32,308 nucleotides of DNA, from sequence record NC_004087.1. One strand, 5' to 3'. Of this stretch, positions 1 to 8,808 are shown one piece after another. The position numbers were made by a program, and so were the translations under genes. The number at the start of each line of letters is the position of its first letter. The first letter of the stretch is position 1. The notes under the pieces are model-generated. The model searched no databases and was not told the DNA's origin. It saw only the letters and a program-made list of their open reading frames with translations.

Positions 1-59
1 TTGTAGAGNAGTAAGAAGGTATTGGGAGTTTTTTTCATTTTTTGCGTAAATTTCGCAAC

Positions 60-500
60 TAATGAGATAAATTGGAAATTCCAATTTTTTTCGTTTTTTT
101 CGTTTTTTTCGCACCAAAGTTAATAAATTGAAAATTCCTAAATTCCTAAATTCCAATTATTCTGTCATTTTGCGTAATTTTCGAAATAAAGTTAATAAAT
201 TGGAAGTTCCTAAATTCCAATTAATTCTACACCTTGTAAAATTATTCCAACAAATTAATAAAATTGGAAATTCCTAAGTTCCTAAATTCCAATAAATTCT
301 ACATCTTGGAAATTTATTACAAAAAGTTAATAAAATTGTAAATTCCAAAATTCCAATTAATTGTACATCTTGGAAAATTATTCCAATTAGTTATGTAAAT
401 TGGAAATTACAAAATTCCAAATATTCTATCATTTGTTGAAATTTATAATATAAAATTGCTTAATTGTAAATTCCTAAATTCCAAATAATTATACATTTCC
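60..500 (+). repeat. Subterminal array of imperfect ~60-70 bp direct repeats (mirrored at ~31809-32249)
   Basis: Units of type GTTAATAAA(A)TTGGAAATTCC(TAAATTCC)nAATTAATTCTACATCTTGGAAA start near 120, 191, 255, 327, 390 and 447. Confidence 0.85.
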
Positions 501-550
501 AGATATATATAAATTAGGAACTATTAAATTATTAATTAATAATTAGGAGG

Positions 551-706
551 AACCAAAACTTTTCCGTCAAAAAATTATAAATATACTAAACATATTCATA
601 TATTATAATATATTATATAATTTCCAAGTTTCTAATTTGCAAATATATAATTAATGCAAACCAAAACTTTTACGGCGGAAAATTATTAAATTACTAAACA
701 TATTCA
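551..706 (+). repeat. Imperfect ~48-bp direct repeat pair in ITR
   Basis: AACCAAAACTTTT...TACTAAACATATTCA at 551-598 and 659-706. Confidence 0.8.
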
Positions 707-1095
707 GAAATTTCACTACAGTTTTTTGCGTTTGCAATGGAGGAAATTGGAAGTTTAGAAAGAAAAGTTTAAATACTACCAGAAGACATTTAATTATAGT
801 AGTGAGGACTATCCTTCTTTTTTTTATTATTTTTTTTATTTTATTAATATTATTACAGTCGTAATATTTTGTTATTTATATATTTCTATATTATGCTAAT
901 TAGCTAATTATCATATTATATATATTAGCTAACTAGCTAGATAGTAATTATTAATTATATAATTATTTTCAGACTCAAAATAGATTGTTTTAGACTTTTT
1001 TACCGCTCCAATTGGAAGTTACAATTTTAGGTTGAGAAATGAAATAATAANTGNAAGNTGTTAAAAATCTGTTTGATTTGTTTCAGCCTAGGAAT

Positions 1096-1197
1096 AAAAA
1101 GTGGCCTCTTTAAAATATTTGGAGTGGAAAAAATTGTTTTTTTCACTTTTGTAAAAAAAAGTGGCCTTTTTTAAAAAATTGGATGTGTAAAAATTGG
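1096..1197 (+). repeat. Imperfect ~41-bp direct repeat pair in ITR
   Basis: AAAAAGTGGCCT...TTTGGA...AAAAATTG at 1096-1136 and 1156-1197, 60 bp apart. Confidence 0.75.
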
Positions 1198-1253
1198 AAT
1201 CTTCAATCTGATTCTTAAAAATTGAAAGTCGAAAANTNNAANCGTAAAAGTTG

Positions 1254-1270
1254 AGAGAAAACTTTATATA
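1254..1270 (+). promoter_or_regulatory. BRE+TATA promoter AGAGAAAACTTTATATA (ITR copy at 31039-31055)
   Basis: Purine-rich BRE followed by TTTATATA, 36 bp before the ATG at 1306. An identical 17-mer lies at 29352-29368 (minus strand). Confidence 0.8.
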
Positions 1271-1305
1271 CTAGTTTATGCATATATAAGATTGGTGAAT
1301 GAGAA

Positions 1306-1473
1306 ATGAAAAAGGAAATACAAGTTCAAGGCGTAAGATATTATGTAGAGTCAGAAGATGACTTAGTTAGCGTGGCTCACGAGTTGGCTAAGATGGGTTA
1401 CACAGTTCAACAGATAGCAAACGCTTTAGGCGTTTCAGAGAGAAAGGTACGCAGATATTTGGAGAGTTGTTAA
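1306..1473 (+). CDS. 55-aa HTH DNA-binding protein (SIRV1 ORF55/56a, SIRV2 Gp1 family); missing from ORF track
   Basis: Manual translation MKKEIQVQGVRYYVESEDDLVSVAHELAKMGYTVQQIANALGVSERKVRRYLESC. HTH signature TVQQIANALGVSERKVRRYL; GGTGA SD upstream. Confidence 0.92.
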   Translation: MKKEIQVQGVRYYVESEDDLVSVAHELAKMGYTVQQIANALGVSERKVRRYLESC

Positions 1474-1697
1474 GCTATTTATTTTTGTTTTTTTCTGCTT
1501 AAGTTCTAATTCTTATTTTTCTTAATTTTAATTTTCCTTAAATTAACTAAGACTATCAACTATTTTTTTCAAGTTTGTGATATTAATTCTAAGGGTTGAA
1601 AATATGAAGAGATAAAAAGTTAGAGAGATAGAAAGATAAAAGTTTAGAGAAAGATTTAAATAGAGAGTAATACGAAATAAAAATTGAGGCGAAAAAT

Positions 1698-1970
1698 ATG
1701 CAAGTAGAAGAAATGCAAGAAAAAGTAATTAATTTAGCTCAAAAGTATACAAATCAAAAAAGATTTTTTAGATTGATAAGAAAAAGCAATATTGCCGAAA
1801 AAATTATTAAAGAAATAAGTGAGTTTTACGGAATACGTGAAGATAATATCGAATTATTCGATAATGAAATCGAATTTATGTTTAAGAAAGAATCAGTGAA
1901 GTTAATATTGAAAAAACAAGGCAATAAATTAAAAATAGAAAATATTGAAATGACAAAATCGATTAGTTAA
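1698..1970 (+). CDS. Hypothetical 90-aa protein (ITR copy 1)
   Basis: Intact ORF, GAGG SD, AGAGAAAGATTTAAATA promoter, T-tract after stop. Confidence 0.85.
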   Translation: MQVEEMQEKVINLAQKYTNQKRFFRLIRKSNIAEKIIKEISEFYGIREDNIELFDNEIEFMFKKESVKLILKKQGNKLKIENIEMTKSIS

Positions 1971-2117
1971 ATTTCATAATTTTTTTCTTTTTCTAAATTT
2001 AGTCCAATTTATGCCGAATTTTTTTCATTTTCCAAATATTATTCCAAGAGGTTGAAAATATTGAGAGATGAAAATATAAAATTGTCATAGTTTTATCGAA
2101 AATATAGTGAGAAAAAA

Positions 2118-2426
2118 ATGGAATTTGAAGATTTAGATGTAGTTCTATATGTATTTTTTGAAAATCCAGAAATGAAAAGTTTTGAATTTGAATTTAAACA
2201 ATTATTTGAAACTACTGAGAGCGGTTTAAGATATCTGATAGGAGTTCCAGATTCAAGAAATAAAATCAAAAATAATAATGAAATTATTGAAGAATTTATA
2301 TATTATCAAAATGATGATATTGTTACTAAGTTGATATTTTATTATACTAAAGGCACGAATAGAATTTATATAAGAAAAATTTACGGCTGGAAAGAGAAAA
2401 GATTAGAGTCTGAAGATGAAGAATAA
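2118..2426 (+). CDS. acrID1: AcrID1-family anti-CRISPR protein
   Basis: N-terminus MEFEDLDVVLYVFFENPEMK resembles AcrID1 (MNYKELEKMLDVIFENSEIK, from memory). Acidic protein with a C-terminal beta-hairpin ending IYGW. TATA+TGTCATA promoter at 2073-2089. Confidence 0.75.
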   Translation: MEFEDLDVVLYVFFENPEMKSFEFEFKQLFETTESGLRYLIGVPDSRNKIKNNNEIIEEFIYYQNDDIVTKLIFYYTKGTNRIYIRKIYGWKEKRLESEDEE

Positions 2427-2476
2427 TTAATCAAAAATTTATAAAAATGTCATATATTGAAAAATTAGGTGACAAT

Positions 2477-2677
2477 ATGGTAAAAAGATTAAAAATTCTG
2501 ATAGATAATGAGTTCAGTAATCTTATAATTGAATTTAAGAGAAATGTTAAAAAAAGTTTTGAAGGTGAAGCTTTTGTTACTATTGGAATTGATGAAAACG
2601 ATAAGATATCTTATATCTCAATAGAACCGTTAGATAAAGATCTAAAAGAAGGAATAAAGAGAATTAAAGTTCTTTAA
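2477..2677 (+). CDS. 66-aa DUF2283-like protein (start moved from 2447)
   Basis: The ATG at 2447 is inside the promoter motif ATAAAAATGTCATA; a GGTGA SD at 2468-2472 precedes the ATG at 2477. The pattern KILID-x4-LIIEF...VTIGIDENDKISYISI resembles DUF2283. Confidence 0.65.
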   Translation: MVKRLKILIDNEFSNLIIEFKRNVKKSFEGEAFVTIGIDENDKISYISIEPLDKDLKEGIKRIKVL

Positions 2678-2726
2678 TATTTGACAATTTTTTAAAATCA
2701 ATATTTAAAAATGTCATGTTTTTATA

Positions 2727-3044
2727 ATGAATTATATGATTTTCAATTCATTAATTGTTCAAAAATATATTTTAAATAATGCAAAAGCAGTTGCTACAAT
2801 TAGGAAAAAAGGTTATTATAAATTATATCAAAAAATTATTTTGAAAGTTGGAGATAAAAGATTTTATGGAAAAGTTATCGCAAAAGCTCCAGTTACTGAA
2901 TATTGTCTTTCAAAATATGTGAAATTTAGCGGATTTGAAAATGTTGAGAATTGGTTAAATGAAGCTAAAAGACTTCATAATGATAAAATAGATTTTGAGA
3001 GATATGAAATTATTGTAATTTGGATAAATGATTCATTCTTCTAA
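2727..3044 (+). CDS. ASCH/PUA-like domain protein
   Basis: ILNNAKAVATIRK matches the ASCH IxxGxKxxTxR motif; SGFENVENW matches the xGFxSxEEW motif. Confidence 0.65.
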   Translation: MNYMIFNSLIVQKYILNNAKAVATIRKKGYYKLYQKIILKVGDKRFYGKVIAKAPVTEYCLSKYVKFSGFENVENWLNEAKRLHNDKIDFERYEIIVIWINDSFF

Positions 3045-3953
3045 TTCTATACTATTTTTCTTTTTATTTTGTTGTTTCTCTTTCTTTAACTCATTTGCAA
3101 TTTTATAGTTCTGAATTATTTCAGTTACTAAACTATCAAGTCCCATTTTCCTTAATTTTTCTGCATATATCGTATATTTATTTTTTATATTCCAATTATT
3201 ATATTTTAAAATCCAGGCATTCATAGTTTTTAAAATTTTTACATTTGAGAAATCATATTCAAATGGAAAATTTGTTTTATCTAAGAATTCGAAAAGTTTC
3301 TCTTCTTCTTCTTTTGTTAAAGTTCTTTCTTTTCTATCTCCTACATATCTTCTAGTTCCATCAAACCAAAAAATTTCACGATAGCTTGCTGTTTTTGTAT
3401 AAGTTGTAGTATCCATAGAGTTAGCCGTATCAAAAATTTGAAGAAAATATGGAGCAGACATACCTAGAACATGTAGTCTTTTTACATATTTTCTAATATA
3501 ATAATACCACGGAAATGTATAAATTAAAATTTTTAATTTACTAGATGCAATTATTCCGCCAAATGCAATATAATCAGTATATTGGCTATAAAAATCTATA
3601 GCTTCATCTACTTCTCTAGTTGGATAAAGATGTATAACTGGGATAATTCTTTCTATATATTCCATTTTCGTATATAGATATTCGAAATATTCAAAATTCT
3701 TTCTATCAAGAGGAGAAAAAATAGATGGAATATCAAGAGAAAAAAATGCATAAGCATTATACGTTTTGTATTTTTCTAATACATCTTTTACTGAAATTTT
3801 TAAATTGTATAACGCAATTTGATAGCCACCGCTATCGACCCAAGTTTCATTTTTCCAGGTTATCTTTTTGTTTCGTAATTGATTGATCAAAATTGGAAAA
3901 TTTATTTTAATTAATAAATCTTGTGATGAGACAATTCCAAATACTATTTTCAT
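3033..3953 (-). CDS. tgt: tRNA-guanine transglycosylase (TGT)/DpdA-like enzyme
   Basis: Motifs VDSGGYQ, LDIP, PVIH, IAFGG, HVLG and SMDTTT (nucleophile Asp position). No CxCxxC zinc site. Confidence 0.88.
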   Translation of the reverse strand: MKIVFGIVSSQDLLIKINFPILINQLRNKKITWKNETWVDSGGYQIALYNLKISVKDVLEKYKTYNAYAFFSLDIPSIFSPLDRKNFEYFEYLYTKMEYIERIIPVIHLYPTREVDEAIDFYSQYTDYIAFGGIIASSKLKILIYTFPWYYYIRKYVKRLHVLGMSAPYFLQIFDTANSMDTTTYTKTASYREIFWFDGTRRYVGDRKERTLTKEEEEKLFEFLDKTNFPFEYDFSNVKILKTMNAWILKYNNWNIKNKYTIYAEKLRKMGLDSLVTEIIQNYKIANELKKEKQQNKKKNSIELEE

Positions 3954-3961
3954 ATAGCTTT

Positions 3962-5161
3962 CTATTTTGGTATGACATTTATTTTACTTTTTCTTAATAA
4001 GTATACTATAGCTCCTATTATTGGTAATATCATAATTCTTAATATTGTATATTCTATATTTCCGGCAATTACAAATTTATAGAATATTGGATTTTGATAT
4101 CCTAGATAAAAGAATAGGAATATCTGAATTGCTAAAGATGTTAGAACTATAGAAAATAATTTTTTATCATTCATAAGTTTCAAATATGCAAATGCTACAA
4201 TTATGAAGTTCCAAAATATGAATAATAATCCGTCTAGTCCGAAAGATATGTTAAATCCTAGCAAGTTTTCTAGAACATTTGCTATTGTTTCTGTTGAGAA
4301 AATTAGCAATAAAACATTTGGATTTATTTTGCTAAATTTTTCTGGTAATACTTTATCAAAACTCATAGTTTGAATTAATCTACTTTGGATTTTATTTGCA
4401 ATTGGCATGTAACTAAAGAACCAAATTGGCATTAGTGCAAACAATATGTTTAAATTTGAATAGCTATCTAGAATTGATAATATTGCTACGACACCATAAC
4501 TTACAAAATATCCTATCATACTTGATTTTTTAATATTTTTAATTTCTCCAGCTATATAACTAATTGCATTTATGAAAATGAAAGCAGATAAATCAAATAG
4601 TAAAGCAGATAATAAAGTATTAGAAATTGTGAAAGTCTGATATTGATAATTGAAAGATTTAAAAGCTATAAATATTGCAATTATTATTTGGAATATTGCT
4701 AATATGTCTACAATTTTTGCATATATTCTCTTACTTGCTATAATTAGTAAAACAAGAGGAAATAGAGATTCGACAATTAGAAATTGTTCAAATTGATTTT
4801 GAATATTAAAGTTTAAGAGTACAAGATCTCCTAAGATTGGCTGAGATAGTACATATGTTAGCCATAATGAAATTCCAAAAATTGTGTAAAATTTTGAAGA
4901 AAATGCAGTTCTAATATAGGCGTAATCACCGCCATTTAATGGAAATTTTGTTGTTAGTTTATAGTACATTAAAAGAAGTGGAATTTCAAATACTGCTCCA
5001 ATTACAATTGCAAAAAGTAGATTTACATTTTTCATTAGACTTGAAACAAATAACGGATAACTTATTCCGCTTAAAATTCCCATATAGAGAAGATTTATTG
5101 AAAAAATATCTAAAACATTAAATGATTTAATTATTCCAGAACTTTTTCTTTCTAATTCCAT
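3962..5161 (-). CDS. APC-superfamily permease
   Basis: Many hydrophobic helices and the APC signature FPLNGGDYAYIRTAF. Confidence 0.85.
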   Translation of the reverse strand: MELERKSSGIIKSFNVLDIFSINLLYMGILSGISYPLFVSSLMKNVNLLFAIVIGAVFEIPLLLMYYKLTTKFPLNGGDYAYIRTAFSSKFYTIFGISLWLTYVLSQPILGDLVLLNFNIQNQFEQFLIVESLFPLVLLIIASKRIYAKIVDILAIFQIIIAIFIAFKSFNYQYQTFTISNTLLSALLFDLSAFIFINAISYIAGEIKNIKKSSMIGYFVSYGVVAILSILDSYSNLNILFALMPIWFFSYMPIANKIQSRLIQTMSFDKVLPEKFSKINPNVLLLIFSTETIANVLENLLGFNISFGLDGLLFIFWNFIIVAFAYLKLMNDKKLFSIVLTSLAIQIFLFFYLGYQNPIFYKFVIAGNIEYTILRIMILPIIGAIVYLLRKSKINVIPK

Positions 5162-5204
5162 AAGCTAGCTAAATTGCTAAGACATAAATAAAGTCACACA
5201 ACTA

Positions 5205-5222
5205 ATACATAATATAATGTAT
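5205..5222. promoter_or_regulatory. Palindromic operator ATACAT-N6-ATGTAT upstream of the permease
   Basis: ATACATAATATAATGTAT; related copies at 11074, 11798, 13857, 20272 and 24617. Confidence 0.6.
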
Positions 5223-5397
5223 ATAGTGTGTTCTTTTTATAAGTAAAACTTGATTAAATTCTTATTTATGACAACAAAATTTTTTTATAAAAATCTCATA
5301 GCAAGTAAATCAAACCATATACATAATATATATTATATAGTATATTGGTTTAAGAATTAGTTGAGAAAAAAAAGAAAATATCTTTAATTAAATTTTT

Positions 5398-5568
5398 TTA
5401 ACCGTTTCTCTTTTGCAAATACTCCTTTATAGCCTCTTCAATTGCCTGAGTTAGCTGGAGATTATTTTTTGCACAATAAACTTTTAGTCTAGTCTTTAAA
5501 TCTTTATCCATATATATACCAAATACTGCTTTTTGTTTCTTTTTTTGACTCTGTTCTTGAGTTTGCAT
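5398..5568 (-). CDS. svtR: SvtR ribbon-helix-helix repressor, 56 aa; missing from ORF track
   Basis: Manual translation MQTQEQSQKKKQKAVFGIYMDKDLKTRLKVYCAKNNLQLTQAIEEAIKEYLQKRNG. GAGG SD; GTC promoter at 5594-5610. Confidence 0.93.
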   Translation of the reverse strand: MQTQEQSQKKKQKAVFGIYMDKDLKTRLKVYCAKNNLQLTQAIEEAIKEYLQKRNG

Positions 5569-5592
5569 TTTTCCTCATTTTAAGATTTTGAA

Positions 5593-5952
5593 TTATGACA
5601 TTTTTATATCTTTTTTTGTCTTTAGCATATACTTATATACATTTTTTATATCGCTAATAGACTTTGGAACTAATTCAATTCTAATGTCAGAATGTGAAGG
5701 CATATGTTTGTGAACTCTAGAATAATCTAATTTTTTATTCGTGAAAACTAAAATATGATAATGTAGACCATTTGAATTTTTTGTAGTTTCTTTTATAGAA
5801 AATACATGTGAATTTTTATCATGATTATAAATATAACTACGAAATTTTCTAAATATTTTTTCAGTATCTCCATACTTATAATTAGTTGTAATAGTAATGA
5901 AATAAGTGTAAATATAAGAAAAATGAAAATTTAAAACTTTTTTCAAATCCAC
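5593..5952 (-). CDS. rep: HUH-superfamily Rep nicking protein
   Basis: HUH motif GLHYHILV and catalytic YxxK motif (YMLK). Confidence 0.93.
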   Translation of the reverse strand: MDLKKVLNFHFSYIYTYFITITTNYKYGDTEKIFRKFRSYIYNHDKNSHVFSIKETTKNSNGLHYHILVFTNKKLDYSRVHKHMPSHSDIRIELVPKSISDIKNVYKYMLKTKKDIKMS

Positions 5953-6053
5953 GATATTACGTGTGAAAATGACGTTTAAAAACTTATGTTGTTGGAAAAA
6001 CGAAAGGTTTAAAAATGCTTAATCAAAAATTTTTATAAACGAGGTGACTAGAG

Positions 6054-6320
6054 ATTCAGAGTAGAAAATATATATGCTTAAGAGTGCCAAGTCAGTTAAA
6101 AGAAAAATTCTATGAAAAAAGAGATGAAATAAAGAGAGAATTAGATCAGATTTTAGAAGGTAAAAGAAAGTTAGAAATTAAAGAAATTAGTGATTTATAT
6201 GATGAACAAGTTTTTTTTACTGTAGATATGCTATATTATGAAAAACTTCAAGAACTAGCAAAAAAATACAAAAAATCGTTATCAAAAATAATAAGATCTG
6301 TATTCTTTAATCTAAGTTAA
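6054..6320 (+). CDS. Tandem ribbon-helix-helix protein; probable non-AUG (ATT) start at 6054, track start GTG 6084
   Basis: Open in-frame upstream extension IQSRKYICLRVP supplies an RHH beta-strand. Second RHH is QVFFTVDMLYYEKLQELAKKYKKSLSKIIR. GAGGTGA SD at 6041-6047. Confidence 0.7.
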   Translation: MQSRKYICLRVPSQLKEKFYEKRDEIKRELDQILEGKRKLEIKEISDLYDEQVFFTVDMLYYEKLQELAKKYKKSLSKIIRSVFFNLS

Positions 6321-6402
6321 ATCCTTTTTTTCTTTTTCTTTTTTATCTCTCATATTATGTATTGGAAATTCTATATTTCTCTTCATATTACGAAATTAAA
6401 AA

Positions 6403-6419
6403 GATATAAAAATGTCATA
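6403..6419 (+). promoter_or_regulatory. Representative rudiviral TATA+GTC promoter GATATAAAAATGTCATA
   Basis: TGTCAT(A/G) core found at 2083, 2448, 2712, 6413, 8841, 11853, 12893, 15345 and 24673 (+), and at 3971, 5267, 5594, 10970, 26988, 28361 and 30221 (-), mostly 15-45 bp before a start codon. A GTC element after TATA is established for rudiviruses. Confidence 0.8.
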
Positions 6420-6447
6420 ATTAAAAGATATTTTTAGGGGAAGAAAC

Positions 6448-6843
6448 ATGGCATCCCTTAAAGAAATAATAGATGAGTTAGGAAAACAAGCTAAAGAACA
6501 AAACAAAATAGCTTCTAGAATTCTAAAGATAAAAGGAATAAAAAGAATAGTAGTACAGTTGAATGCAGTACCACAGGATGGAAAGATAAGGTATTCGCTA
6601 ACAATACACAGTCAAAACAACTTCAGGAAACAAATTGGAATAACGCCACAAGATGCAGAAGATTTAAAGTTAATTGCCGAATTTCTAGAGAAATATAGCG
6701 ATTTCCTAAATGAATATGTAAAGTTTACTCCTAGAAATAATAACGCAATACAAGAAGAAGAAATAGATATGGAACAACAAGAAGAAAAAGAAGAGAAACC
6801 AAGAGAAAAAGGCAAAAAGAAATCAGTTGAAGAGGAGTTTTAA
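6448..6843 (+). CDS. DNA-binding (SSB-like) protein ORF131, SIRV2 Gp17 family
   Basis: Recognised rudiviral sequence with a charged disordered C-tail ending EEEF; first gene of the ATPase-nuclease operon. Confidence 0.8.
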   Translation: MASLKEIIDELGKQAKEQNKIASRILKIKGIKRIVVQLNAVPQDGKIRYSLTIHSQNNFRKQIGITPQDAEDLKLIAEFLEKYSDFLNEYVKFTPRNNNAIQEEEIDMEQQEEKEEKPREKGKKKSVEEEF

Positions 6844-6868
6844 AACGTCATAGCCTAATTTTTTTTTC

Positions 6869-8191
6869 ATGAGTGGAAACCAGCAAACGAACTCTCAATT
6901 GTTTGAAAAGTTAAAAAGTCATTCTTTTTTTTATAATCCAAGAGATAATGAAAGAATTTTAAGTCTAATTCTTGGAGAAAAACAAGTTGAAGAAAATAAG
7001 AAAATTGAGATTTTAAAAGCTTATAAAAGAGGAATAGATTCACAATATTTTAGTGCTAATTTGCCATATTATAACGAAATAAAATTTATTTCTAAGATAA
7101 CTGGATTTAAGGTAAAAGATGATCTAGTTATTGCAAAATTTCAAAATGGATTTACTGGTGATTTTGATCCTCATGAAATTGCAGATAATCCAGATGATTT
7201 TTACAACCTAATTTCTTCATATATGTTTGTAAAAATTAAAAAAGGATCAGAAAATTGGTTTATTGATGAAATATTTTCTATTGAACCTCCTAATAATTTT
7301 GAAATTGCAAAAGAAATTCTAGAAGAAGCTGATAAAGAACATTTAACTTATGCCGTTTTACTTCAAGCTTTTGGCTATGATTCGCAAAAAATGGATTCAG
7401 ATGATATTTTTCTAACTTTACCGCGATTATTTCCATTATTTAAATCTCCAATTACTAAGAGACAAATTAATACTATTGAAATTTCAAACCGCGGAACTGG
7501 AAAAACTACAACATTTATGATTTTACAAGAAGTTTTCAATTTCAGATATTACACTGAACCGCCGACTTATGCAAATTTAATATATGATGCTAGAAATAAT
7601 ATGTATGGTTCAGTATTTTTATCGAATGGATTAATTTTTGACGAAATACAAACTTGGAAAGATGGATATGCAGTTAAAGAACTAAATTCTATAAATTCCA
7701 CTCTTTCAACTGGAATTGAAAATTGTATATGGACTAGAGGCGCCGGTACAGAAAGTAAATCTGCTACAATTCAAAAATGTATTCCAATAATTTATGCTGG
7801 AAATCCATTTTCACTAACTCTAGATAAATATCAAACTCCAGATATAGAATCATATTTACAACAATATGAAATTTTTACGCCTGCAATTCTAGATAGAATT
7901 CATATTATTCAATTAGCAATTAAGAAAACTTATGATAAAATAATAAATGCTAGAGTTCTATATCCTTCAATTCTAAGAGCATTAGTAGAATTAATTCAAG
8001 AAAAAATTAACAGAACTACAAATTATGCAGATTGTGGGAATTTGGAAAGTAGGAGAAAAGAACAATCTATAGATATTCAAATAGTTCTACAAGCACTTGA
8101 TATAGATCTGCAAATTGGAAAAGTTTCAAATGAAGAAGTATGTAATAAAATTGTGAATTTAATGAGATTTAGTAATTTAGGAGGATGGTAA
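6869..8191 (+). CDS. AAA+ ATPase/helicase-like protein (BrxL/MCM-related)
   Basis: Walker A RGTGKTT, Walker B LIFDE, sensor IIYAGN, arginine finger ILDRIH. Confidence 0.88.
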
Positions 8192-8808
8192 TCATGAATT
8201 ATGAAGATCATATAAAAGAAAGCTTTAAAGTTAAATATCCTGCAGATACGATTTTTCCATCTGAAGTTGGTATTTGTTATAGAAAAAGTTATCTTGCTAG
8301 AAATATTGAATTTGAAAGAGGAATAAATGAAATTTATTTAGATTTAGGAGAACAATATCATGAGAGAATTGAACAATATTTTAAAGAAAAATTGAATTGT
8401 CAAACTGAAGTTGAAATTAAAGATGAAATTGAAGGAATAAAAATTAGCGGTAGAATTGATATAGTTTGTAATAATGACTTATTGGAAATTAAAACAATTA
8501 GTTATAATTATTTTCAAGTAAAAGAATATCACTTATATCAAGTTGCATTATATTATCATATTCTTAAAAAGCAAAATTATCAAATTAATAATGTATATAT
8601 TGTATATTTAAATAGGAATACTAGAGAAGTTAAGCAATTTAAAATTGATGAAAAAGTTTTAGAAAATTATTATCAAAAAGTTATTGAATGGATAAAGAAA
8701 TTTAAAGAATATCTAAAAGAAACAGATTATAAAAAAGTTCCAGGAGTTAACAATTATATTTGTAAATCTTGCGAATTCAAACAAAAATGCATTATATCAC
8801 TTTTTTAA
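8185..8808 (+). CDS. cas4: Cas4-like Fe-S exonuclease
   Basis: PD-(D/E)xK motif GRIDIV...LLEIKT, QVALY, one N-terminal Cys plus C-terminal CxxCx5C. Confidence 0.92.

Larger units (their letters stand above)
1..2032. repeat. Left inverted terminal repeat (ITR)
   Basis: Position p mirrors 32309-p wherever checked (ORF 1698..1970 mirrors 30339..30611; N positions mirror). Identity stops after ...TTTTTTTCATTTTC at 2032. Confidence 0.95.

Noticed and set aside
1-30. Covalently closed hairpin end and Rep nick site
   Set aside because: Established for rudiviruses, but no self-complementary fold-back is visible in the given terminal bases and position 9 is N, so it cannot be placed from this sequence.
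60-500. CRISPR array interpretation of terminal repeats
   Set aside because: Units are degenerate along their whole length with no constant repeat and unique spacer alternation. The cas4-like gene is a stand-alone viral nuclease.
4939-5121. 60-aa + strand ORF
   Set aside because: Antisense shadow inside the permease; no SD or promoter.
6612-6815. 67-aa - strand ORF
   Set aside because: Antisense to ORF131; Ser/Phe-rich composition typical of a reverse frame.
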